From positions 43,152,001-43,216,000 of the forward strand of contig OX597833.1 in the NCBI GenBank assembly GCA_951406725.2: 64,000 nt of DNA, in the 5' to 3' direction. The position numbers and the translations under genes are program-made. The notes under the pieces were generated by a model, which was not told the DNA's origin, did not search any database, and saw only the letters and a program-made list of their open reading frames with translations. Positions 12,746 to 25,653 of the stretch are shown one piece after another. Each line of letters begins with the position of its first letter. Position 1 is the first letter of the stretch. This stretch comes from Octopus vulgaris. Taxonomy: Eukaryota.

Positions 12746-13420
12746 TGATGGGTGGATGGCTGAATCGGGAGTATATTAACTAATGAAGGTGTATTATGCT
12801 TCACTGTTGAGCAGCTTCGTGCGGACGTATGGATCTCTCCCATCCACTCCCCAACCAGATATTCTAATTACGTCAGTGGGAAGTAGGGTGCGATCGGGTG
12901 GTGAGCAGAGATGGGGCGGGATTAGTGTTGCGTTTGAAGATTGAAACAACATCTGTTCAAATATCCATACATCTATTTCGATTAAGATATTAAAGCGCAT
13001 TCTCCCTCAACCAGGTTTTATACACTAAAATCCTCTCTTCCACCCTTGCCATCTGTACTCTCCATAAGATAATTTTAGAAACCAGCAAGCCCGCCGCCTT
13101 CCCTTGGTTAATAAGTGCTCTTGTTACAAAGTCTTGTACCGTCAGTATGGTGCCAACCACTTCAATTTCCGATATGTCTGTCATCGTTATAGTGAGTCTT
13201 CGGCATACGCTGACGCACTCCCTCAGCATTCGAACTCGAGTGAGATGCCTTTCAGCACCTCCAGCTTCCGCTGTGTTGGCCCATAAGCTCAAAATGGACA
13301 TTTAGAAGCGATGATGAGAAGGTACGTCGTGATGAGACGAGAGCACAGTGCAAAATGATTCCGATAGGTGGCTAATTAACGTCCCCAGCGAGCAAATGCG
13401 ACTATACGTCTGTACTCGTT

Positions 13421-13652
13421 AAGGCGGCGTGCTGGCAGACTCGTTAGCGCGCCGGGCGAAATGCTTAGCGGTATTTCTTCTGTCGTTACGTTCTGAGTTC
13501 AAATTCCGCCGAGGTCGACTTTACTTTTCATCCTTTCGGGGTCGATAAATAAAGTACCAGTTTCGCAAGGGGGGGTCGATGTAATCGACTTAATCCCTTT
13601 GTCTGTCCTTGTTTGTCCCCTCTATGTTTAGCTCCTTGTGGGTATAAAGAAA
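13421..13652 (+). mobile_element. SINE family B, full length
   Basis: aaggcggcgtgctggcag head, gagttcaaattcc B box, gccgaggtcgactttacttttcatcctttcggggtcgataaa central domain; TSD tatacgtctgt(a/g)ctcgt. Confidence 0.92.
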
Positions 13653-15659
13653 TATATACGTCTGTGCTCGTGTTTGTGTGCGATGTGCGTGTTTATATAT
13701 GTACGTGTGTATGTATGTATGTATGTATGTATGTATGTATGTATGTATGTATGTATGTATGAATGTATGTATGCGTGTATGTATGTACGTACGTACGTAT
13801 GTATGTGTATATGTATGTATGTACGTATGTATGTCTATGCAATAGATATGTTTATATATCTAGCAATATCTATCTATCTATCTATCTATACATACATACA
13901 TACGTACATACATACATACATACATACATACATACACGCATACATACATATATACATACGTACATACATACGTACATACATACATACATACATACATACA
14001 TACATACATACATACATACATACATCTATACATACATACTCACATACATAACTGGAATTCTCTGCGTGCAAATGACGTTTCATTTAGGGGAATGTTGACC
14101 TGTCCGCCTAACCAGCGGTGTGGCTCATTCGCAAGCTATAACCAATTCAGGAAAGCGAATTGTGAGTAGCGGTGTATAACAACACCCAATGGACTGGTCG
14201 ATAAAGTGATATCTAAATATATGTAAATAAAAATGAATGAAACGATCAATTTTTTATTCGGCTTTCTGAGGTTCTTACAACACCTCGGGTTTTAGCACAA
14301 CGCAGAACTCCTCCACATCTCTGAAAAGAATCGCCATATCAGTTGATAAACTGCAGATATTTTCATCAACAATCTACGCTCCTCAGATCTGTGAAGGACG
14401 TCATTCATCTACTCTCTTTTTAATAATATTTTTGTTTTTTTAAAAATATTTTTGTCGTTTTTGTAAAATCTCAGAAAATAATTAAGAATTCACATTATCT
14501 GTCAAATTATTTTGTTATATTTATCTATCTATCCAGCTGTAAACATTTCAAATATTTCACTAACTTTTTTGTTATAATTTGGCAAAAGGGTACATATTTT
14601 GCGAAAAATTGCTAAATTTGTTCCCACAGTCTTCTTTATCCATAACCAGAATCGTAAACTTTCTCTTGAAAATATTTCACACTGGTCAAAGTTGGGAGTT
14701 TGACAGAGACAGATTTGGGAAGAAATATACAGTGTTTCAAGGTAACATCTACTTTCTCATCAGCAAAATATTTTTTATTCCTTTCTTTATTTTTATTTTT
14801 CAGGTCTTCTATGAAATTTACGTTGTGCCTCCGAACAGCTGTGACGTTGAGATAAAGTGAACTGGTAGTGTAAGATTCTAGTTATAATATAATATAGTTA
14901 TACTATTCTCAACTGGGGGCTGAGCAAATTAACATGCCTATACCGGAAGAGAAAAAAGATAATGACTACTTTTAGAAAACTCCACCCGAAATCTGGTACT
15001 TAATGATTATCGAATGCAGGGAGGTAAGCTCCTTCTGCAACTAGATAGATATAAGATGTCTAAAAAATAAAAGGAGAAACTAATACAAATAACTACAGAG
15101 CTCGTATGAAATATAAAAAGGGGCGGTTTTCTCTCTTCTTCAACGAAGTCTACGAATATAAAACAGTGGATGAAAAACCAAACAATGGCGAAGACAAAAT
15201 AAGTAAATGAACTGAAAAAGAGTTATAGAATATTATGCTAAAACAATAGCGAGAACATTCTCTAATGCCCGAAAAACTAAACAAAGGGGAAAACAGAAAA
15301 CGCCTTTCAAAGACAGACTACCAAATTTATATTAATATAAAACTGCAGTATTTGTAGAGGGTAGAAAGAATCAATCAATCATTTTGCATCGAACTGGCTA
15401 GTTTTATCGAAGACAAAATACATGCATACATACTATGTATGCATGTATAATGTACAGATACATTAGAATACTTACATAAAATAAAGCATACAAATCTGCA
15501 CATATACACACATACATACATGCGTACGTACGTAATACATTAACACACACACATACACACAAACAAACACACACACATCCACACATAAACACGCACACTC
15601 TAACACACACAAGCATACATACATATATACATACATTTACATGTATATATCAAGAGACT

Positions 15660-16345
15660 AGGGTTTTCAGTAAATGGAAGTTATCTCATTATCATAAAAT
15701 ACCAATAGAGAAAGTGATAGCATATATCAAACAGAACGCACTTGTAAACGTATCCATTCACCTGAGGAGATGGATAGCCCTGTATCATCGAGATAGAGAT
15801 GGCCATCAGAAAATGATAAAGAAACCATACTCTCATATTTATCATTGTATTCAAACACAGAGATCAAGATACGAATAAATCAATCCGATATTGCTGATAG
15901 AAACCACCAAGAAAGAAAGTTCCAGTTGATCGTATTATCAGTTCCAACAGACGATAATGTAAATCTAAATGAAATTTAGAAATTATGATTATTTAGAATT
16001 AAGAATAACTAGTAGTTAAGATGTTGTCTTCATGATCATAGGACTGTGGTTTCGATTATTGGACCGGTCGATGCGTTGTGTTCTTGAGCAAAACACTTCA
16101 TTTCACATTGCTCCAATTCATTTGGCAAAAACTGAGTAACCTTGCGACGAACCAGTGCCCCATCGACGATGGGGGAGGGGTATTTGTGCCAGAGAATCCG
16201 GGAAACCGGCCTTATTAGCCTATGACTCGTGAAGGACCTATGATTCTTGAGAGCTAACTAAAATGTGGGGACTGAGAACAGATACAATCTCGGGAATGAT
16301 TAAAAGGAATTGCAGGCAGCTATATACCATAAACCTCGGACTTAT
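15660..16345 (+). mobile_element. Highly decayed R4/Dong-type RLE domain, interrupted by a SINE (~16010-16240)
   Basis: Fragments read ENDKETIL..IQT..NQSDIADRNHQERKFQLIVLSVPTDDNV..KMWGLRTDTI..GMIK, collinear with the RLE domain at 480-846. Confidence 0.65.
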
Positions 16346-16360
16346 ACATGTTCTACACAT

Positions 16361-16414
<54 letters not shown>

Positions 16415-16424
16415 ACACACACAG

Positions 16425-16462
<38 letters not shown>

Positions 16463-16754
16463 CAAAAGAAAAACAGGATGCAAAGGATTTAGCGGTACAT
16501 ATGTTTCTGGCTTTATTGGACAGTTTATATCAATGTATAATTGATGTAACATGTATGTCAATAGCCTTCTTCAGCCGCGCACAATTACCACACCAAAGAC
16601 ATGTATTACATTACAGCAGGTTTGAGAAGAAGTTTTGGAAAAAAACGAGTTTCGTTGGGGATGCAAATCCTCATAGTCGTATATAGCAAAGCGAGACACC
16701 AAAACAAAACGTCCATACCGTTTTTTCACTCGATATAGAATTTCTCTCTCTCTC

Positions 16755-16807
<53 letters not shown>

Positions 16808-16809
<2 letters not shown>

Positions 16810-17108
16810 AGGCGCAATGGCCCAGTGGTTAGGGCAGCGGACTCGCGGTCGGAGGATTGCGGTTTCGATTCCCAGACCGGGCGTTGTGTGTGTTTATTGA
16901 GCGAAAACACCTAAAAAAAAGCTCCACGAGGCTCCGGCAGGGGGTGGTGATCCCTGCTGTACTCTTTCACCACTCTTTCTCTCACTCTTTCTTCTGTTGG
17001 CCTGCTCGCTTAGCCAGCGGGGTGGCGTCGTTCGAAGGCTTAAAACAATGCAAAACGCATTGTGACCAGCGATGTGTAGCAACATCTGATGGTCTGGTCG
17101 GTCACATG
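16808..17108 (+). mobile_element. tRNA-derived SINE, family D, full length
   Basis: A box tggcccagtgg, B box ggtttcgattccc; same head at 60358-60545 and same 3' part at 31060-31158. Confidence 0.88.
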
Positions 17109-17158
<50 letters not shown>

Positions 17159-18159
17159 TATGCACAGCATTCGTAATACAATAAAAAAAACACAAGGAAG
17201 CCCAGCATGTATTCAAAGTACACAGACATGGGTTCAGCTATTTAGTGAAAGCACGTATCAAAATAAGAGTGCTGAACAACAACAATAATAACAATAAGTC
17301 CCAGCATTGGCACAAAGCCACATTTTTGTTGGAGGGGGCAATATAATGATGGTAATAATATTAATATTAAAGATGGAGGAGACGATTTAATGAAATGCAT
17401 GTCCACATGTTACTGTTTATACGGAAGCGGTTACTAATGTAAAAACATTAAAATATATTGTAAAATATAAAATAAATAAATAACATGAAAGCAGGCGGAA
17501 AATCAAAAGTAAAACAATAAAAAAAACAGCAACAACAAAACAAACGACAATCATAAAATATAAAAGGAAAAGAAAACACAACATGGTGGACGAGCAACTT
17601 CCTGTGCGGTCTGTCGTGTGCCAAAATGAATTTTTCATGGAACGATAAGACCATAATGAATAAAAGAAACCTCTATAAACATTTCATTGAGAGTTGATAT
17701 TTTTTCAGGAAGAAATAACACTTACAACAACAGTTATAATAAATTTGTGTTCGTACTGTTATACGGTGCCAGATGGAGGCCAAAATTCTTACATAACAGT
17801 CAAACACAGCTAAGTTCAGTGCGCATACTCCTCCCTCATTCCCCTTTCATAAGTGTAATAAATATTTAGTTAAATGAGAAAATTTTACTCGATGCTTATT
17901 CTAATCTATTCATAAAAGTACTAACTAATACAAACACTAGTTTCAGATGAATTAAAGGAACTCGGCCTTCAAAAAGTAGCAGCAAAACTGTCTCAGATTA
18001 GACACTACAACTTTAAAAAAAAAAGAACAAAAAAAAACACCAATAATAAATCTTCTAAGATTTATTATTGCTTGTTTACACTTTTTCGATATCAGTGTTT
18101 GTACAATACTGGAAAAAGGGTATGTATTTGTGAAGGGAACCTACTTTTTATCGACAACT

Positions 18160-18218
18160 GTGATTGTCACACGCCGACGACGGGTCAATACCCAGAAACT
18201 AGGGTCCGTGTGTATCAC
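18160..18218 (+). ncRNA. Type-I hammerhead ribozyme with extended stem I
   Basis: GUGAU-ugu-CACACG-CCGACGA-c GGGU CAAU ACCC a-GAAA-C UAGG G-UC-CGUGUG-u-AUCAC. Stem I is 6+5 bp with an internal loop, stem II is 4 bp, GUC cleavage triplet at 18204-18206. Confidence 0.8.
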
Positions 18219-18614
18219 GTCAGTTTGGAGACGGGAAGGATGGCTTCCCTTTGCAAATACTGATAGGGTACAGAAAGTGTGTCTATAGCCAGCTGGAGGA
18301 GGTGTCCTCCTGGGGCTACAAACTACAGTAGCATCAACCCTTAGGGGTTAGCCATATTTAAATGGCAAATATACGTCACGAAAAAAATAGACATATTCGA
18401 AAGTATGGTACGGGTATGTGCCTACCGGGCATAAAGAAATTCAGATGCTCGCAACTGGAATGTATTTGATCATAGGCCTGTCCAATCCAGGTTGGCATGG
18501 AGTCAAAGAGCAACAACAACATAGACATCTACAACGACCACGACAAACATGACCACGTCGAAAACAATAGCAAAGATCCAATTGGGTTGTTGTTTAGATT
18601 CAGGTTTAAATATA

Positions 18615-19126
18615 CGCGGTGCATTTCAAAAGTTTTGAAACTTTTTCAGGAAAGATTTATTAATTTCAAAGAAGTACAAAACTCTAACTCAATTCAAAGT
18701 AAGATCCTCTGACTACAAAGCACTTGTAGCGCTCCAGCCATTTCGAGAAGGCCCTATGGAAATCTTCCAGAGTGAAGATGTCCAGGATCCTTCTCAAAAC
18801 CGCCTTCATCTTCTCAATGTCTTGGAAATAATTGCCTCTGTGATTCTCCTTCACTTGAGGGTGAGGAACATTTTAGTTGCCCATCGCTTGTCAAGTAGTT
18901 GGTTACTCAAGTGTAATTGTGACAATTGTGGCAAGTGTAATTGTGACAAACAGTGTTTAGTGGGCTATGACAAGTGTTTAGTGGGCTATGACAAGTGGTT
19001 AGTGGGATGTGTTCAAAGTGCTGTTTCAGCTGTCTCCTTCAATCTAGAATAAAAGTTGGCAGTTCAGCTTATTAGTTGTATAATAAAATTAGAATAAAAG
19101 TCTCAAAACGTTTGGAATATTCCTCG
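18615..19126 (-). mobile_element. Mariner-derived non-autonomous element
   Basis: Imperfect ~30-bp TIRs (cgcggtgcatttcaaaagttttgaaacttt / aaagtctcaaaacgtttggaatattcctcg) with TA TSDs. Minus strand encodes a transposase C-terminus, PQVKENHRGNYFQDIEKMK..FSKWLERYKC..RGSYFE. Confidence 0.82.
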
Positions 19127-19226
19127 TATATGAAACTGTTCCTTAAAGATTTATAAACATACACTCAAGTAAAAAGTATTGAGTAGCCTTTCAGTTTTGT
19201 ATCTATCTAAATTGTATCTATCTATC

Positions 19227-19257
<31 letters not shown>

Positions 19258-19261
19258 CTCC

Positions 19262-19321
<60 letters not shown>

Positions 19322-19325
<4 letters not shown>

Positions 19326-20071
19326 ATATTAGGAAATAAATCCAAACTTACAGGGAAAAATGAGATTTAGGATTAAATCCAATTTTATAGTATAAATATA
19401 TTATATTATATTATATTAAATTAGAGATAAAACCACTATTAGGCAAATCAAACAGTGAAAAACACAAGCCAATACATAGAATTAATTTAAAAATATAAAA
19501 GTTAAAAATAAAAAATTATTTAAATAATTTAAACTTATAAATTTATATATATATATATACAAATATATATATAGGCATGTATGTATATTTTTATATTTAT
19601 ATATTATTTTATTAATTAATTAATTTATTAATTTATTTATTTTCTATTTATATATCAAAAGTATTAATAGTTTAATAAAAGATAAAGAGTAAAACACTAC
19701 GATCGTTTCATGGCTGTACTAATTCGAATAACAATAATTTAAATTCAATTAATAATTCGAGTTATGGTTACAGTCAATCTTCAGGTTAATTGAAATATTT
19801 TTAAAATAATCAGAAATATTTAAACAATATTTTAAAGATATAAATAATATAATAATTTTACTTATAATAAACTCTATTATCAAACTAGAAACTTAAAACT
19901 TAACAATTATGATTATATCAAAATCAATTATAATGTTAAATATTAATTTTAATTTATAAGGTAGGAAACCCACCAATAATTTAATATCGGTAATAGTCTA
20001 TATCTAATTACATAAATATTTAAATCACTGTTTGATTTGCCTAATAGTGGTTTTATCTCTAATTTAATATA

Positions 20072-20072
<1 letters not shown>
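19322..20072 (-). mobile_element. AT-rich PLE-like pseudo-LTR fragment with inverted terminal duplication and hammerhead-like motif
   Basis: Perfect 47-bp inverted repeat 19412-19458/20025-20071; minus-strand CUGAAGA..GAAACGAUCGUA at 19695-19788; bounded by (TA)n on both sides. Confidence 0.6.
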
Positions 20073-20164
<92 letters not shown>

Positions 20165-20460
20165 TGTATGTATGTATGTATGTATGTATGTATGCATGTA
20201 TATGTGTATGTATATAATTATATTAAAGGAGCAAGGGCGAAAAACGACTTGTCTCCAACATGCTTGAAAATGCTGAGGCACTCAGATATATGTATATGTA
20301 TATATATAGTGTGGAAAACATATAAAAAATGAAAAAGAAATGCCTTCTTTTCGCATAGCTTAATATCTTTTTATTAAAAAAATTTATATCCAACCGGTTT
20401 TCGCTATTCAAATTAGCTTTTCAAGGGATATTGTGAAGTAATCATTTACACACACACTCA

Positions 20461-20541
<81 letters not shown>

Positions 20542-21081
20542 GAAAGAAGGTTTGAAAATGCAATTTAAAAGATGTTTATTTATTTAACCGGTTTCACTCT
20601 TTGGAAAAAGATTGTCAAAAGTAACATAGAATATTATGAATTCAAAAAAGTTTTTTACATAATTGCCACATTGAATATTATGAATTCAAAAAAGTTTTTT
20701 TACATAATTGTCACATTACATGTATAAATATAGTGTTTAGTAACAGGGATATGTTAAGGGCATAAAGAAGTTCAACAGTGTGATGAGAATTTTTGGAAAA
20801 ATTGGCAGAAAAGAATAAAACAAATATATTATTGGAAATCTGGTTGCGTTAATTATTGGTTGTTGCAAATTGTCACATTACATGTATATATATACAGTCT
20901 TTGGTAAAAAGGACATGTTAAAGACATAAGGAAGTGCAATAGTATGGTGAGAATATTTGAAAAATTGACAGAAAAAATTAAAATGAATATATTATATATA
21001 TATTATAATAAGATATATATATATGTGTGTGTGTGTATGTATATATTAATATTTATCATAATATGAGAGAGAGAGAGGGAA

Positions 21082-21167
<86 letters not shown>

Positions 21168-21169
<2 letters not shown>

Positions 21170-21945
21170 GTGAGGCAAACAAACAAATAAAACTGCTTGG
21201 GTCTGATATACAAAATATATATACATGTATACATGTAGCAAAGACTGAACATTTTCAGACGATAACTATTCAAGTATAAATATATAGATTTTTGTATATT
21301 CATAGAGCAAACTTGCATAGAGTAAAAAAAAAAAACATTAAAAAATAAGAGGCGGGGGTATTGTATTACAAGTCCACCAGCTGTTTCTGAGGAGGTGTGT
21401 TACTTCATAATGTTGGCAGATATAGTTCACTAGAATATGCAACTAGTAATGAAATCAAATAAACATTGGCTACATCTGGTCTACGTCTTCGGAATGGAGA
21501 GATAAAAATCTCACCTATATTTGAGGCGTTTAGTAACAGACCGTCGTAAGCGCCACAACTTAAAAACCGAGAAAAACGCAAAGTTTTGCGACTTTCAGAA
21601 TGCGATATCTCGACAAAGAATGAAGTTAGGAAGCTGGTTTTCGTCTTACAATGACCGTGAAGACCTCCTCTAATCATTGTTTTCAGCCGGTTTTCGACCT
21701 TATTGCAAGCCTCACCGGTTCTTCCGCCCAATGTTTTCGGATTCTAGACGTCAAGACAAAGAAAATAATATACTAACCTCGAAAATGGCCGGGTGGCGCT
21801 TATGAAATGTCTCATTTATTCTTGAATATTCATCCTCTGAAAATATTCAATCTTTGCTTTCTCTATTTACATGTATACATGTATATATGTTTTGTATATC
21901 TAACCTAAGCAGTTTTATTTGATTATCTGGATCATCGCCTCACTT
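21168..21945. mobile_element. PLE-like fold-back fragment (~120-bp inverted arms) with a nested small MITE (~21522-21815)
   Basis: 21168-21290 matches the reverse complement of 21815-21945; the inner element has short inverted ends taagcgccac/gtggcgctta. Confidence 0.6.
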
Positions 21946-22086
21946 GGATTCTTCCTTTAACCACTTTTTATCCCCACGGACTTTGTACACTGTAAAGGTT
22001 TCGGCGTGTAAGTCCAAATCATTTGAACGCTTCTGTTTTCTATTTTGAGAACCTCTGGATCTCATCTGTTCACTCTCTCTCTTTTC

Positions 22087-22137
<51 letters not shown>

Positions 22138-22154
22138 TTATGTAGGTATCTATA

Positions 22155-22213
<59 letters not shown>

Positions 22214-22551
22214 GAAAAATACAAACTGGGACAAGAACGTAAAACATTTAGAAGACGATGCAAAAAACACGGACGGGACATTCGAAGCCTTCAATCTGCA
22301 GTCAAGAACCGGAATCATCCTAGCAATTTCGGCTTATTAATCTTGAGATCGCTCCGATCCGGCCAGCCCCAAGGAAAAACTAAGCTACGAGCATTAGATT
22401 TCTTGGAAAAAGGATCGAATATATACGAAACAGGGACAGAAAACGAACGATGCCACACGAATATAAAATACAAAAAACAATAATGGTAAAAACATGACAA
22501 AAACAGCGGGTGTTTTACGACTAATAGACAGTACAACTTAGTTTAGCTGGC

Positions 22552-22620
<69 letters not shown>

Positions 22621-22972
22621 CGCATTCACATTACAATTTTACATCTAACCTAACTGCACAAATCCAGAACTACTTACCTCCCTTACAAATAATCTTTTTA
22701 CTCAGGAACTATTAGATCTGTGACCGTTCATTAGCCGGTGTTCATTCAAAGCAATGAATAGCTCATCACGAAACCGTGGTATGCTGGATGTCTTTAATTA
22801 TCTCATAATAATGACTTTTAAGACTTTCATTACTTTTATTACTACCTCAGTTCATCTAAATGTATATATTTGTCGTTACCTTTCATAAAAAGCCTTTTCT
22901 TTTTTTATTTACAATGTGCATTTTCGTTGATTTTTCTTACTTCCCCCTATATATATATATATATATATATAC

Positions 22973-23022
<50 letters not shown>

Positions 23023-23263
23023 CTAAGTGTGTGTGCCTTTGTGTCTGTGGCAACTAGCGTTGGTGTGTTTACATCCCTCAAACTTATCGGTTTGGAAAAA
23101 AGGTCCGATAGAACAAGTACTAAACTTTTGAAAAATATGTCCTGGGTTCGATTTGTTCGACTAAAACCTATTGGAGGTGGTGTTCCAGCATGGCCGCAGT
23201 CAAATGCCTGAAACAAGTAAGAAGTAATAACAGAAAGCACACACACACACACACACACACACG

Positions 23264-23330
<67 letters not shown>

Positions 23331-24084
23331 GTACATATACATATATATATATATATATGACTGTATGTGGTGGTTGCCTCTCGTCGTCTCAGAAAGATGG
23401 TTCTACAATTTCTTAGTGAATAACCGGCGCAGATGATTTGATCCTAGTGATCAAATGTTTGTGCTGTACGTCAGCTCAACTCCTCCATTAAATCGAACAT
23501 TACCTGAACAGCCCCTTTGAGCAACACGCAAGCTGTCTGAATGATCGCAAAGAAACATAAGATGAAGTGTTTTACTCAGGAACACAGTGTACCACTGCAA
23601 TCCTGAGATCAACACCCTAAGCACTAAGCCAAGCGCCCTCATCCTGTGTGCATGCATACATATTTGTGAATACAGACAACTACACACACACACATACACA
23701 TAAAGGTGTGTATAACCATACAGTCTTTGCCTCTGACAGAGTGTACCGTATCTGTGTCTATCTTATCTAACGTGTTCTTTTTGGAAACATGAGAAAAGAA
23801 TGAACGAGCAAATTCATATCGGACGATTTAGCAATCTCACTGATAGATATATTTGCTTTCAAACATATACATTTTCTTAGATTTTGTATGTTTCGTTGAA
23901 AGGATTGTTTGGAATTTCAAGTTTTGGTATTGCTGTGAACTTTTACAGTAGTTGAACTTTCCAAACTGAACCCCTAAATTCTTTATTGATTGAATTATGT
24001 CGCATTCGCCTAAGTCACTATTTGTAGTTTTTTGTTAATTTATTTTTGTATTATCTTTCACCTTTTGTTTATTGCGTATAATCT

Positions 24085-25137
24085 CAGTTACTTTTATCTT
24101 TTACTTGTTTCAAGCATAAGACTGTGGCCATGCTGGGGCACTACCTGAAGAATTTCTAGTCGAATGAATCGATCCCAGTACTTTTTTGTGTAAAGCCTTG
24201 ATACCGTAAATACTCGAGTATAATCCGCATTTTTTCCCCAAAATTTAAAGGTCAAAATCCCTAGTGCGTACTATATACGAGGTTAAAAATGAAAAATATT
24301 TTCTAAGCAATGTCCGAGTCTCTATTTGCTGTCCAGCAATGTTTATTCAGATGCATTTTGTGATGTCGGGAGCGAAAATACCTTAAGCTAAGCCTGAAAG
24401 CAATGAAGTCATAAAAGAATCATCCATAACTTGCAGTAAGCAACATTTATTAAACATTATTACTGTTATTACTGTTATTTCTTTACTTTCTGCAAACAAA
24501 ATGCACAAAAAAGCTACACGTTTGCATTATGTTATATATACAATAATAATAATAAAAGACGTTACCGTATACAATTTTATAAACCAAGGACGTTCTATTG
24601 ACCTCCTTGACTTAAGCTAGAGAAGGAGTGCGTTTTATACACAAAGTTTAGCTTTTTCAGAGGTACATCCCCCTAAAAATCCCCTGCGTATTATATTCAA
24701 GGGCGGACTATATTCAAGGATTTACGGTTACTTATTCTACCGGTTTCTTTTGCTCAATCGCAAAGTTATGGAACACAAACACATCAACAACGGTTGTCAA
24801 GCGGTGGCGGTGGTGGTGGTGGTGTGTGGACAAACATAGACACGCGCACACACACACATACATACATACATACATACATACATACATACATACATACATA
24901 CATGCATGCATACATACATACATACATACATACATACATACATACATACATACATACATACATACATACATACAAATACACAACGGGCTTCTTTCACTTT
25001 CAATCTACTAAATCTACTAACGTGGGTTTGGTCGGCTCGAGGTTATACGAGAAGACACTTACAAATGTGGTACGCAGTGGGACTGAACCCAGAAGCATGT
25101 GGTTGGGAAGCAAGCTTCTCATCATACAACCACGCCT
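24085..25137 (-). mobile_element. SINE family A, interrupted by a MITE and expanded (CATA)n
   Basis: Family A tail at 24085-24200; body resumes at 24728; head ends ~25137. Confidence 0.8.
24204..24727. mobile_element. pogo/Tc2-type MITE
   Basis: TIRs ccgtaaatactcgagtataatccgc / gcggactatattcaaggatttacgg; inserted at the TA of the SINE motif ggTActtattct. Confidence 0.82.
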
Positions 25138-25421
25138 CGACTTAATTCTTTTGTTCGCCTGGGTGTGTATTCTACCTCAGCTTCCTCTATATTTATTTAC
25201 ATGCAGAATTCACCTGGAAAATTTAATTGGTTATCGGAGACGTTCTGATATCTACTACAGGTTAGCCTGTTAATTAAGTAGAATTTATGTTTCTTGAAAA
25301 CATCACGAATCTTTTAACGTTATTCTTTTATCTTTTACTTGTTTCAGTCATTAGAATGCAACCACGCTAGGGAACTGCCTCGAAGGATTTTCGACTTATT
25401 TTTAAAGTCTGGTACTTACTC

Positions 25422-25653
25422 TTATTTCTTTACTGCCCACAAGGGGCTACACACCGAGGGGACAAACAAGGACAGACGAACGGATTAAGTCGATTACATC
25501 GACTCCAGTGCGTAACTGGTACTTAATTTATCGACCCCGAAAGGATGAAAGGCAAAGTCGACCCCGGCCGAATTTGAACTCAGAACGTAACGGCAGACGA
25601 AATACGGCTACGCACTTCGCCCGGCGTTAACGTTTCTGCCAGCTCGCCGCCTT
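25422..25653 (-). mobile_element. SINE family B nested in a family A SINE (~25320-25990)
   Basis: Full family B reverse complement; TSD tggtacttactct/tggcacttattct. Confidence 0.9.

Noticed and set aside
12795-12900. Possible 5S rRNA fragment (minus-strand ggatgggaga)
   Set aside because: Only ~10 nt match; the flanks do not follow 5S sequence.
16643-16684. Minus-strand CUAUGA-GGAU..AUCC..GAAAC
   Set aside because: The core lacks G5 and there is no room for stem III plus a UH site.
18908-19005. Short direct repeats (caagtgtttagtgggctatga-like, three times) resembling a CRISPR array
   Set aside because: No unique spacers; this is a tandem repeat inside a mariner MITE in eukaryotic DNA.
22215-22550. 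(TA)n-bounded island with GAAA and hairpins on the minus strand
   Set aside because: Probably a PLE-type terminus, but no convincing core or stem arrangement could be drawn.
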